A stretch of 64,000 bases of DNA, taken from NCBI RefSeq assembly GCF_009834535.1, contig NC_045696.1, forward strand, positions 40,426,001-40,490,000, in the 5' to 3' direction. The stretch comes from Camelus ferus (Eukaryota). Below, one piece after another: positions 39,758-52,398 of the stretch (positions are counted from its first letter, which is position 1; every line of letters begins with the position of its first letter). Position numbers and translations under genes: made by a program. The notes below the pieces were generated by a model that saw only the letters and a list, made by a program, of their open reading frames with translations, searched no databases and was not told where the DNA came from.

Positions 39758-40006
39758 GTAGGGAACAGTAGAAAGAAAAAAAGAGTATATTTATGTAGTA
39801 TATAAGAAGTATACAATAATTCATTATAGAGTATATAAGAATTCATTAAATTCTTAAAATGTTGGCTTATTTGGTCCACAGCTTCTAAAAGAAACTGAGC
39901 AATCTATGAGATGCCCTGGTTATAGCAAGTCATTAGATGGCATTGAGTTTTAGTGACCAAAAGAAGTATGGAAAGGTGAAAATATTTTGTTCAAAATCTT
40001 AATTCT

Positions 40007-40092
40007 AGGGAAAGGGAACTAGCTCAATGGTAGAGTGCATGCTTAGCATGCACGAGGCCCTGGTTCAATCCTCAGTACCTCCATTAAAAAAA
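40007..40092 (+). mobile_element. tRNA-Ala(AGC)-derived SINE, Vic-1-like, with 14 bp TSD
   Basis: tagctcaatggtagagtgcatgcttagcatgcacgaggccctggttcaatcctcagtacctcca plus poly-A. TSD aaaatcttaattct (39993-40006) / aaaatcttaatact (40093-40106). Confidence 0.88.
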
Positions 40093-41334
40093 AAAATCTT
40101 AATACTTTGGCCCAATTTCTGCTGCTTGTGCTTCCTCACATTATCATGAAGGGCAAACATCACAAGAAAATCAGCATTTAAGAGGAAGCTATCTGATCCT
40201 AGTTAGACAGCTGGAGTCAGGATGTTTCTTTTCTCTAAATGAAATTAACTTTGTAAGTGCTTTGAACTTTTTGCAGATGTATTGGCAACATATTGTATAA
40301 GAAAGCTGTGTTCCCTCAGGAGTATTCCTGCATTCAGGGACTGCAGGACCCCTCATTACACCTTCAGCTCTAGAGGTTGAAAGGCTCAAGACTCCCAAAG
40401 GCCTTGGATTGTTTTGGTTTGTGGTCACTGGGGTGGTACAGGGAGAGGGCTGTCTGACTCTCTCAGGGACCCAGCTCTGGAATGCTTGGTCAAGGCTATG
40501 TGTTATCAGAATGGCAGAGTTTTGTATTTTTGTTTTTATCTGTTTAATGGGAAAGTACATAAGTAATGATGATGGATTATGGTAATGAAAAGGAGGAAAT
40601 GCTAAACTGGAGAAAAAATATCTTTGAAATATTATTGTCTTCTTTTGTTTTTTGTATTGTTGGTAAATCACTGCTAATTTTTTAAAAGGAAGTAACAGAT
40701 AATGAATCTGGCAGATAGCCCAGAGTTTCATATGCTGCTTTGGCTTTTTTTCTCTTGATTTTCTCAGAACTTCTTCATTATACAACAAAACTTTATCACT
40801 AAAGGTTTTATATTTTTATATGGCAAGGAGCCCTTCAGAAGGAAACTATAGTTTCATTAGCTTATTCCTACTGAGCTCTTGTGAGAGAACATTTGGTTTT
40901 AAATAGGGTTGCAGTGCTATGGTTTATAGTTTAGAGTTGTCCAGTTTCTTAGGTGAGGGTTAGAGGAAATTGATGCCTTTATTTTATAATGTAACATGGT
41001 CTGTGATTGTACCTAGTCACCTCCCAGTCTCCCTGTAGTAATTACACCATGGGCAGTGAGGGCAGTCCAAGAATAAGCATTGAAATACAGTTTTCAAAAA
41101 TCCTTCCTAACCTAGTTGCTTTTATTTTGTGCCCATATACAGCATTACATGTAGAAATAGACTGTTAAATACACTAACCTTGAACTGTTGTCTTGTTTAT
41201 CACTTTTCTTTTTATTCATCTGTCAGGGTTTTCACCTCAGCTTTTTTCCTTCTTTTTTCATACCCACCCTACTCTTTCATTCCTTCACTGCATCCATGTA
41301 ATTTTTAAAAATTGTTCACAGGCTTACATTTTAC

Positions 41335-41590
41335 AGCAGCCTTGGGTTAGTGGCTAGAGTGCAAACTGTGGAGTCAAATAAACCTAGGTGGGTCTCCATT
41401 CTGGTTCTGGCACCAACTAGCTGTGTGTCTTTGAGCAAGCCAGTTTGCCTGTGCAGACCTTAGTTTCCTCATCTGTAACCCTTATTTGGGGATTAGAATA
41501 CCCTACCTGCAAGTTCTTTGGTGGGGAAAAAGATACTGTGTAGGAAAGTCCTTGGCACATCCAAAGAGTTATTAGGGAAGTGTTAGTTGT
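41335..41590 (+). mobile_element. MIR SINE
   Basis: caactagctgtgtgtctttgagcaag...ccttagtttcctcatctgtaa core. Confidence 0.75.
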
Positions 41591-44500
41591 TACTAATGTC
41601 AGCATTATTATCTTTGTCTTTTTCCTTATATCTAGTCTTAAGATGCCTTTTTCTTGATCATAACTATAACTTAACCTTCTTTGCTTATTTTACCTTTCTT
41701 ATTTTTCTGCTTTGTCCCTTGTTGTGTCATCTCTCCAGTTAATTATGGGAGATATGTTACTAAACATAGCAGTTGTGGCAGCAGACCAAGCAGTGGCAAT
41801 TACTGGACTGTGTTTCTAACCACCACTGGCCCAGAAAAGAACCCCTTCACACATCCTTTTCCCTCGTTATCCTACTTGGTTTGTTCATTGTGAGTCTGTT
41901 TTTCAGAGTTCACTTGAAAACATATTATTTTCTACTCTTTCTTGTCTTTTTCTATCTTTTAGGTGTTTGAAAAAAATGAAGCAGTTATACAAACTTTAAA
42001 GTCCTTTGACCCTGACATTCAGTGAGTCCTTGAAAAGAACAAATGTAAGCCAGCTGTGGCTACCAGGTGTGTTGTTAGACATGTGCACCTCTGTTGAGCA
42101 CCAACTACCAAGAATGTACAAGTTCTGGATAATGTAGGACAGTGATTCTTAAACTTTATAAGCCCAGGAAATGACCCAGGCAGCTTGTTGAGATGCAGAT
42201 TCCCTGCATTGGATTTCATAGGTCTGGGTATGTGGAAGTCTGCAGAGTTCTAGGTGATTCTGATAAAGACGATCAGTGACTGCATTTTGAGAAATATTAA
42301 TATAAGAATTTCAGAAATAAATGATAGCTGATTCTTACTCTCAAGATTATAGTATAGGATGAGTAACTAATAATTATAACAGGAGGCAAAATGAAATGCT
42401 ATAGTAGGGATACTAACTGAAGTGTTTTGGAAACTCAGAGAAAGATTGAAAAATAAGGAGTTTTCTAGAGGAACTGGCTTACTCCTTGAGACTGGAGTAA
42501 GATTTCAATACAAGGAACAAAGAGAGAAGAGCATTACAGCCCTAGGAGCAGCATGAGCGGAAAAGTACAGGGTCAAAAGTATGTGGTATGTGGGAGGATG
42601 GTCAGTACTGTGTTCTGGTGAGAGTGCAGGTTATTTCCAGAATTTCAAGGAGAGATGACATGAGAGATGGAAGCCTGGCAGAAGGTTTAGATTTGGGGCA
42701 CTTGGTAATGTAAGTGCTAAGTAAGCACGTTTTATGGGGAGGGACTGAGAATTGCCAGGACAGTGTTGTAGAAAGATCACCAGCAACACAAATGAAAGTT
42801 GAATTAGAGGTAAGTGATTAAATATGGTAGGTTAACTATCTTACAGTAGCATCTGTATTGAGTTCTGGATTTGGACAGTAGTAGAACAAATAAAAGAGGA
42901 AAGGCAGAGGAAGAAATACCAGGGCAGGGTGACTGATTGGACCTGGGGGGTGAGCGTAAAAGTGGAGAGTGGTACCCAGATGTTGAACCTGGGCAACAGA
43001 GAAGGTGGTGGCCATCACCAAAAGTGAGGCAAAAAGCAATCCAAGAGCGACAGTGCACTGGAATGTGGGCACACACCAAGTTTGAAGTGTAGTTAGACCT
43101 TCCATGTGGAACTGTTTGGTAGGCATTGAAAACTTGGAGATGTTGCCTTGAGAATCATCACAGAAAATTTGTTGATACCATTCAAGTGGCTGAGACAGCC
43201 CAGGAAGAAAGTGTAATTCTGTAATTCCTCCTCATCTGCCACTCTTTTCTTCTCCCTGCATGGGTTCTTCTACATCCTTTTCCCAGAGTCTGAGAGGTGA
43301 GTTTTGTTGGGCCCTGTCCTGTGCCCAGTCCCTCTACAAGGCCACCAATCTCACTAACTGATAAGAGTGTAACTAGTTCTGAGAGCAGCCCTATAAGGAG
43401 GAAGCATTTCTTTCCAGTACTTGAACAATGCATAGTGATTAAACCATTTTCCAGGCACTGATTGGCTAGCTGGGGAAGGGAAATCCTGCCCCTCTCCTGC
43501 AATGGCCAGGCTGGCCCTGGGCCATTGTGTCTGGGCTGAGCAGAATGATTACATAAACTTGCATTCTGTCGGGGGATCTGCCACTCCTTAGCACAAGGGG
43601 CATTCAGTAATTACAGGATGGTCCCCCTAAAGCACATTTCCTTCCTCATTGGCAGTCTGAGAAAGCCTGGAATAGGGCCATGGTTGATAGGTTGACCTAA
43701 AAAAATTAGTAGTAATTTCCCATTGTTCTCCCTAGTCCTCTCATTATCCTTGGTAAAATCAGTGGCTCTGGCAACATTTATATTCTTCAAAAGTTTTGTA
43801 ATAATGTATTATTCTTATAATCAGAAAAAAAGCTTTATATAAAAATTATTCTATGTATGTTTATCATTATGAGGGATGTTCTCCTTCTTAGAGTGATCTC
43901 TACCCATTGACCCCCTCCCTGCTGCCCTGGAAGAAGTATCAAGTGTTTAAATGTTTCTTGTATTATGGGCCCTTTGGGGATCTATTGCAGTTTTTAGTTA
44001 ACTCCTCTTTCTATAAAACAGTACTTTTCTGAGGCCTCAAAACTGACTAATACTAGTTTATTCAGCCAAGAACACCATTATAAGGCAAAGAACAGAAAAG
44101 GAATAGCTATTTTTTTCAAAAGAGTAGGGGGTAAAAACAGCCAATTCACTAATGGTAAAGGATAGTAATTTGTTCTTGAGGAATTGCTTTGAGTGGCTGC
44201 ATTGAGGTAGGTTTTTATATTCATTTAATTGTTACGAGAGATAATTGGAGGCCAACTGGAAGATTTTCCTCTAAAATGGCAAATTTATTTATGATGCTTC
44301 CTTTGTTTACAGTTATTTAATCCTGAACTGGAAGCAGAATTTAGAGACCGACAGGGTTAAACCCTGACACTTTTCCCCCTGAGCTCAAAAAATACACCAG
44401 GCAATTTGGAGATGATCTGTCTTTCTTTGTAAGTCATGATGTTGCTTAAGAAATAGAAACTGTAGATTAGGGTATACCATCTAGGAAGATTTTCTAGGGT

Positions 44501-46624
44501 TCTGCCAAGGCAGAAGTCTCTGGACTAAGCTGGTGGTGCTTGTCTTTTTGATGGCTAGATCTTGGCCCCTAGATTGCCTTTTCTGGAGATCTTGGGTCAC
44601 TGTCAGGATTGTCAAGGCTGCCACCTACTTATAAGCTTTGATGTGCATGGTTGTGATTCTCCTTCTATGGATCATTTTCACTCACTTCTCATGCTTTTCT
44701 CTCCAGCCACCTCTTGAGGCCAGTCAGGTACCTCCTGCTCTGCGCATGTTGATATCCTGTCCAGACTCATTCATCATGCCTGGAATTTGTGCTTTGCTTA
44801 TAGAATCCTACTTTAGAATAGAATGGGCTTGGGACTGCAGCTTCAGTGCTTCCTGAGTAGTCTCCTGACGATGAGGGCTTGTAGCTCTCCTTGGTCTTGC
44901 TTCCTCCCATCTCCTGTCCACAGCACCATCCCTAGATCAGTCTTCCCCATGCCTGCCCATTTGTGTGGGGTTTGGCCTCTCACATTCATTATCTCTTGTT
45001 AACCTCACAGTGGCTGTTAGGGGACCTAACTGAGGGAGACAGGAGGAGATGAAAAGGGAGGCAGATTGCCAACCTCATCTGAGGTGATTATGGAAGGTTA
45101 CAGGAAAGGTAAGGCTTGAGCTTCCAGTGTGGGTCACTTGATGAGAGAAGAGAATTCTACCCAGGTAGAGCAGTGGGGAGAGGGAAGGGGACAGCCCTGT
45201 GTATATGTAGGGACTTCCCAAGTGTTTTGGCTACAGTGGCAGACTTGTGGGGCAGAGCACAGGAAGGTCTCGTCAGGTACCCAGCCTATGTCTGTGGGCA
45301 GTGGGCAATTTATTATACTTCCTCCTTGCACCAAGGTAGCTTCTCAGTATGTTGCCATGGAAAGGGAATGGGGCAATGCAATTAGACCTATGTTCATGTC
45401 TCTTTTTTGTCACATACTAACAGAGCTACCGGGAACAATTTTCCCTACTTCTCAGAATTTAAAGTTTTTTATCTCTAAAATTGTGATGATGCCCACTTCA
45501 TAGAGTTGTTTAAAATGAAGTAACAGTGTATAAAAGATTAGATTTCTGTTATCTCACTACCCAGAAGCCTCTCTGAGGACAGAGTGCCCCCTAGCATTGT
45601 ATTCAAGGCCCTTCACAGACTGACAGGACTGTGCTCTTTGAGCCTTACCCCTGCCCCAACATCTCAACATCACCCACACTGCATTGCTCACTGTTCTTTG
45701 ATCATTGGTTTTCTGCTCTCCCCGCTGCCCCCACATCTCTGCTCTGGACATCTCCTGGAATGCCTTTTGTCTTTTCTCTATCCCAGTCTTCCTCATCTTC
45801 TAACCTCCCAACCCCCCACCCACCTCGCTCAAATGTTATCTGAGACCTGACCCCTGAACCCTGCCCAAAGTAACCTGCTCCTCCTCCAAACTCCTAAAGT
45901 GCTTACTGTCTATAGAATTCCTTCTCTGTGCTGTGCTCTTAATTACCTTTTAAGATGGTCCTCAGCTGCCACCTTAGATTCTAAATCTTGCACCTGCATA
46001 GCTGCCCTGCATAGCAAATAAGTAATATTAGCTGCTTCATAAAGACTTGTGGATTCATTCTTGTAGATGATTTGCTGAGGAATGAAGAAAGCTTGTATCC
46101 TAATAGAAGACATTTGTGCCTGTGGTGGTTATGAGCTAATTCAAAGGGAATTGAAAATCCTCAGAGAGGATGGTTTAGAAGGGTCTAAACAGTAAAGAGT
46201 TATCTCTTAAATTCTTGGGAATCCTGCTGAAGCCTATTTTCCCCTCATTAAAGCAAAGTTGGTTAGACTTTTGTTTATTTCTCTCAAAGAAATATGGAAA
46301 ATGAAAATCTCACCTGAAAATACTAGTTTATAATCTGGTATCTTTGAAAGAGACAAAGGTACAAGTTATTAATACAAACATAAATGTTTAAATATACATG
46401 TGCTTTTGGGCTGATCTGTCAAATTAATGGAAATGAGCCTTGTTCAGTGAAACTCTTCAGTGCAGGTTTTTAAAGTTGCTTTGAGGCTTATATTTAATTA
46501 GATTCAAGAGTCTCATCTCTGCACACGAGTTATAAGAGTTTTCAAATGAGCTGTCAAATTTTTGTCACAGCAAGTAATGAAGAAGAGGAACTAGCTTTTA
46601 GAGTCAGGTGATCCCTCTCTAATG

Positions 46625-46812
46625 CAGTGGTTCTCACCCAGGATGATTTTGCCCCCAAGAGAACGTTTGGCTATGTCTGGAGACATTTTTGCTAGTCATA
46701 GTTGGGGGATGATGCTACTTGGAAGCCAAAAATGCACCTAAATGTCCTGTAATGCACAGGACATTCTCCCATAACAATCATCTGACCCAAACTATTAATA
46801 GTCCTGAGGTTG
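46625..46812. mobile_element. MER20-like hAT-Charlie element
   Basis: cagtggttctca...gattttgccccc...atgtctggagacattttt...aatgcacaggaca. A second copy in the opposite orientation lies at about 58520-58735. Confidence 0.8.
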
Positions 46813-49800
46813 TCTTCTCATGAAGAAAGAACTGATATCGTAAGGATTAAAGACATCAATTCATAAAATCTTAAAGATGAAAACAAATCTTTAGAGACCA
46901 TCTAGTAGTTAGGATGCCTACAAGTAAGGAAAATGAGAAAGGATAAATTTAATTTGTGAAAAGAAACTCATGCAGGTAATTGGTTTATTTATGCCACAAC
47001 CTAATTTCTCAAAAGAATGTTAAACAATTAAGGGAGGGTGGCAAGACTTGGAGAGAATTTAAAAAAATCATTAGAAGTTAGAACTAGACATCATCTTAGA
47101 CATGGCCAAGTCCAGTTCTCTCTGTTTCACAGATTAAATTACTTATCCAGGGCCCCATAGCTGACTAGATCTGTTTGTCTGATTCAAATGCTCCCTTCCC
47201 CTAATCATTCCACTTACCTAAATCTACCCTTATCCAGTTTCACACTTCAGTTGCTCTGTGAAACTTTGTCAATATACTGTAGTTCCCTTTAATCTCTAGT
47301 TTATTTTCTAGTAGGAAATTTAGTTGCCACTTGATTAAATAGTCTGATATTCTTGTTTCTTGTCTCCTTTCCTTGCCCAAATTAATAAACTCTTGAAGGA
47401 CAGTGGACCTTTTGTCTTCTTAATATACGCCCAGTTCAGTCTGTCATGATCAGTGGATTGATCAGTTGTGTCCATGTGGTGCTTTGAAGAGAAGACACTG
47501 CATGCTGAGACACTGTGCATATCACTGAGGCTCGAGTGCCTGTCAGTAAGCCCTCTCCACCCTTCCAGAGGCGCAGAGAGTGGCAGAGAGCCTTTGTAGG
47601 TCTGCAGGGCCTGTATACACTGTTGGTTATCCAAAAGTGACTAGCCTTTGAAAAACAAAACAAAACTTAATTGGCAAAAAAAAAGTCTCTGTTAGGTAAC
47701 CTTACAAAAATATGTAAAACCATTTGGCTTTGTGGGAAAAAGGAAGTCACTAAAATAAGAAAACGAATTTTAGGCTTTCCAAAAATTCTCTCAAATAATC
47801 AGATAAATTTTATTTCTCTTGACCAATAATTTTGAAAAAAGAAAGTGAAATTTTAAAATGAGGCCCCAAGAAGATTATCTCTATGTTTGCTGACTGCAGT
47901 GCTAAAGGTTAGCCCAGAGTACATTTTGATGGCACCATTTTAAGTGTAAAACCTGGTGTCCTAATGGCATATTGACAGATTTGTGTGTGCTGCCATATAA
48001 ACGGTGTTAATTCACTATCAGATTATAAAGTACTTAGAGGAGTGTTGGCCATTTAACTTGCTGAACTCCTTAAGGATTGCTTACCCTACAGCGTTGCCTT
48101 TTGCGGGGTGCCTGCTCTGATATATTTGACCATACAGTGGAAGGGCCCATCAGTTGGAAAGGAAAGGACTTGGAGTTTAAACTAAAGGAAAGTGAATTTT
48201 AAGGGGGTTTAAGATTTGGGGATTTTATTGAACCACTTATCTTTCCTTAATCCTTCTTGTGTTTACTTCACTGTGGCCTAAAGTGAATGGAGTCCTTTGT
48301 TTTGGCTCATCCAAACTGCTCTCTTTAATGTGTGTTCTGGATCATTCCCAAGAAATGCTGTAGGGTTATGTTGAGGGCCTGAGATCTGAGAGAGAAATGG
48401 AGCTTGTAGGTGTCAGATAGCTTGCTACTGCTCAGTTAAAGATTCAGGCATCTATGTTTTGCTACAGGTAAAAAACTGGGAACCTTCCCACCATATAAAA
48501 TGGTAGTTTTTTTATTGAGCTTTTCTTTTGAATAAAAGGATAACGCGGGGAATAAGCCTTTTGTTTGTCATGACAGCCACTAGAGGGTAGAACAGTTACA
48601 CTTCCTGAGACAGGTGTAATTCATTCTAATAGAACAGGACTAGGGTTGGGAGACATTTGCTAGTGTTTATCAATGTAGAAATTTCTAAAACAATGGGATT
48701 CCTTCTATAGATACGTACTAATCAGTGGAGGACCTTGTTAAAAATGTAGCTTCTGGGCCCTATTCTCCAAGATTGTGACTTGATAGCTCTAGGTGGGACT
48801 TCAGGGGATTCTCATATATTTGTCTTGGATTTTGCTTTGAGAAGTACTGATCTTAATGTTTTAGGCATGCATTATTACCTGATTATCTTTTCTCTTAGGA
48901 TCACAAAGCAAAATGATTATTTTGGAGGGAAAAACAATAACAGAAACCAAAATGCAGAGAAACGAGTGTTATTAAAGCTTTCTCTGCCTTTATCTAACAC
49001 ATTTCAAAGGAGACTCATTTTGTAAAGATTCAGAATCAAAGAAGTTATTAAAAATATGTTTTTATGTGGAGTTATATTTCAGTCAATAAAGATCTCTAGA
49101 ATCCTTAGGCTACAAGCCTAAGAATTTTAAATTAAATTCCCTTCTTATGACCATCTCACAGTGCAACCTAATTTTATCCTTTGGGTGTCATGAAGACCCC
49201 ACATCTAATGTCTTGGCATTGTGAAATGTGGTTGTGGAGACCTTCTAAGTAGAGCTTATATAATCATGTCATCATCTTGAACATCATAACTTTCCTTTAT
49301 ATGTAAAGATCCAACTATAGTAATGTGCATTGTCCTTTTGGTAAGGATGGTGATTTTGTTTTTACCGGTGCCCCCAGAGAACAGTGGCATCCTTGGGAAA
49401 GCTTTGCCACTGCTCTTAAAAGGGAAGAAGTATGTGTGGTAAAATCATTCAAATCTGTGATAGGATGCTGCAGCTCAAAAAGTTAGAGAGATAGGGAGAC
49501 CAAATAAAATGAAACTTGGTTCTGAAGCTGAGACTTCGGATGAAATAAAATGAAAGGAAGATATTTTTCCAGAGGTTTATAGAAACAGTCTTGTCTTCTA
49601 TGAACCTCTTACGGGCCTTCTTTTTTTGTGACTACAACCTTCCACTTTCATATATCTCATATGAAGATTTTCCAGTGTCACTTACTCTGTCCTTCCTAGT
49701 TTTCAAGGTTTCTGTGATTTTATGTAAGTGAATGAAAAAGAAAGTTCTGTAACACACACATACACACCTAGAGTTATGAAAAATTATTTTTGAAATTAAA

Positions 49801-51844
49801 GGTCAAAAATCTAGAATATGTCATTCTTTGTGTAATTTTATAGAAAAGGGGAGATATTTTTCAGAGATGAAGCTCTCTTTACCATTAATTAGCTAGCAGT
49901 AAGCACTTTAATTAAGTAGCACTTTTAATAATCTATGTTATTAATATGACAATGTTCCTGAATTTTGATTCAGATATGAATTATTACGCCAAAGTAATCC
50001 TAGTAGAGGAACCTCTAAAAGAGGTTTAGTTCCTTGAAAATCCAATAAACTTACTGGGAAGCCTATTTATAGTTAATATCTAGAGTAGATGATGAAGTGA
50101 GAATTTGTGCATTATAATCATGGAGCACAGGACTTACGGTCTTAACTTTATGGTAGAGAATTGCTGTGGCTCACATAAAATAACAAATTGAATCCTTACA
50201 GAACAGACTAATGACAAGCCCAGAGCTTCTCCAGTTGTATTAGTTACAGGGTTGGCCAAGAATGACTTTTTACCTTAGCACTTGGGGCAGCCAGGAGGAA
50301 CCTGGGGGTGACAGGAATCCCTTGGCTGGTCATCTCCGCCTCTTGTATCCAGTGTGTTTTCTGTTTGTGTCATTATGTGACAAAAGTTGGGAAGTGCTGG
50401 AAGGACTTTTTTCTTTAATCTTTTCCAGTTTCTGTTCATTTGTTTATGATCAATTGATCACTACTCTCCAAAACATTACAGATACTCTCTTGATTATTAT
50501 CTAGAAAGACATCTCATGCAGCAACATTATCAATGTCTACTTTTAAAGATGTAAAATGATGTATGTGATTTCTTCTACAGTTCTAGCCCATGGTGTCTTA
50601 AAAATAGCTTTGGAAAACATTTAGACCATCGTGTATTTTGTAATACAGTTGGGTTACTGCCGATTCCCAAGATAAATGTGTTTAAACAGAAGCTTTCTCA
50701 TTCAGCACTAGCCTCAGCTTTCATCCAAATTTATTTAATGATGATGCAAGCCCACAGTGTTGGTGTTGTAGTTCATCACCATGGAAGTGTTTCTGTCAAC
50801 AAATCCTTGCTTTGCTATCATGAAACTGATTTTGCAGGGAAAGGAGGATAACTGTGAAAGATTCCTTTTACTTCTAAAGATCTTCACAGTTTGCCTGGGT
50901 GTCTAAATGAATTGTGTTTAAAATCAATAACTGGCAATAAAATTGACTATACTAAGTTAACAGTTATGAGGTTGGAAAAAGGAAAATGGCAATGAGCTAC
51001 TTTGTCTGAAATCATCTTTTAGGAATGTGACTTGGGGACCAAATTTGTAATTTAAAATGTTCCTCTGAAAGCTGTTGTTCTTTGCTGCAGAAGTACTGAT
51101 TATGTTCAGAGTCCCATTAGCCAGGTATCAGAATTCTTTGGATACCTTTTTTTTGGTGGTGGTGGGGGTGGCTGAGTTTTTCTCACCTACTTTGAAAATG
51201 GCGTAACAATAATCACAGAAGAAACTTCCTTAAACTAACATACTGTATGTTTTTTTTTAATATGCCTTTTCTGTAACTTAGGTTTATAACTATTTTTGTC
51301 TCTTATTAGCTTGTTGAGAGGTTGAAAATATATATATATATATGATTTAAGTTTAAGCTTCTGAATGCAGCCCACTAACAAGCAAAGTAGGAGGCACCTA
51401 CCTTAAGTAATCCAAACTATTTTGGGAACCAAATAGGAAAAAGGAACAAGAATGACACTTTTGCTCTGAAGCAGCGTGTTCAGGAGCATATGTCACAGTG
51501 GCTGATTCCAGGTTTGGATATAGACATATATGTTTTAAGGAGATTTTCATCTATTGTAGAAATACAGTCACCTCTTGATTGTCAAGGTAACTTGTATTTC
51601 CAAATGTGCTTTTTCTGGCTTCCTATCACATTTCAAAGCTTTTTACTTTGACTATCAGCTCATATGTGCTTACAAAAGCAAATTATTTAATATTATTTTA
51701 TGCAGTTATTATCATATAAACATTTATTAAGTTCCCAAGTTCCTAACACGTGCTAAGTACTGTGCTGGGCACCAGAGATACTGAGATACATCTCAAGCAT
51801 GAAGTTAAGTTTGTTCCTGAGAGATCTTATAGTTTGCTTTGAAA

Positions 51845-52398
51845 TCAAAGAGACATAAAATTTTATTTATTTCAGCCACTTCCTTCTCCTCCTCTAATAT
51901 GTGATCAGAAGTTGACTGTAAATGGGAAGTAGGTCCTGTTTGTTTTTAAGAAGAATTAATAGACGTTATAAACAGAAAATAAAATTGTTATACATGCAAA
52001 AAAAAAAAAAAAACACAAAATGGCCAAAAGAAAATTCAGCAAGCAATGGTAAAAATAACAAATTATTTACTGCTTTATAATGTTAAAGTATTTCACCAAG
52101 ACAAGTTGCAGTCAAATTAATGTGAGTTATGGAAAATGAAATACATAAAAATGTATTTATACAAGTGCAGACTAAATATTTTCCATACAGGTATGTAAAT
52201 GAAAAGATATACAGTAAGTGCACACTTGATATGACTATGCAGGCAACAGTTAGTTTCAGATATTCTTGGATAGTTCATGCACAAATCTTCCCAAAGTACA
52301 AGTTCAGTCAGTCTTTTGGGGGATGTGGAGGGATAATTAAAAAGGACTGAGTTCCTTGCAATACTATCAGTATAGACTGGATAAGGGTGAGAGGGTCG
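51845..52398 (-). other. FILIP1L: FILIP1L proximal 3' UTR with overlapping AATAAA signals
   Basis: Plus ttttatttattt at 51861-51872 = AATAAATAAA on minus, about 530 nt past the stop; U-rich tract at about 51998-52013. Confidence 0.7.

Noticed and set aside
40189..40788. 199-aa minus-strand ORF
   Set aside because: Non-ATG start, low-complexity composition and no recognisable domain.
45582..45598. CTCF-like ctagggggcact on the minus strand
   Set aside because: The 5' part of the core is mismatched and it lies in repeat-like sequence.
50447..50460. Perfect 14 bp palindrome TGATCAATTGATCA
   Set aside because: A few palindromes of this length are expected by chance in 64 kb of AT-rich DNA.
50738..50829. 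ATGATGA ... CTGA pair resembling a C/D-box snoRNA
   Set aside because: No terminal stem and no recognisable rRNA/snRNA guide; such motif pairs arise by chance.
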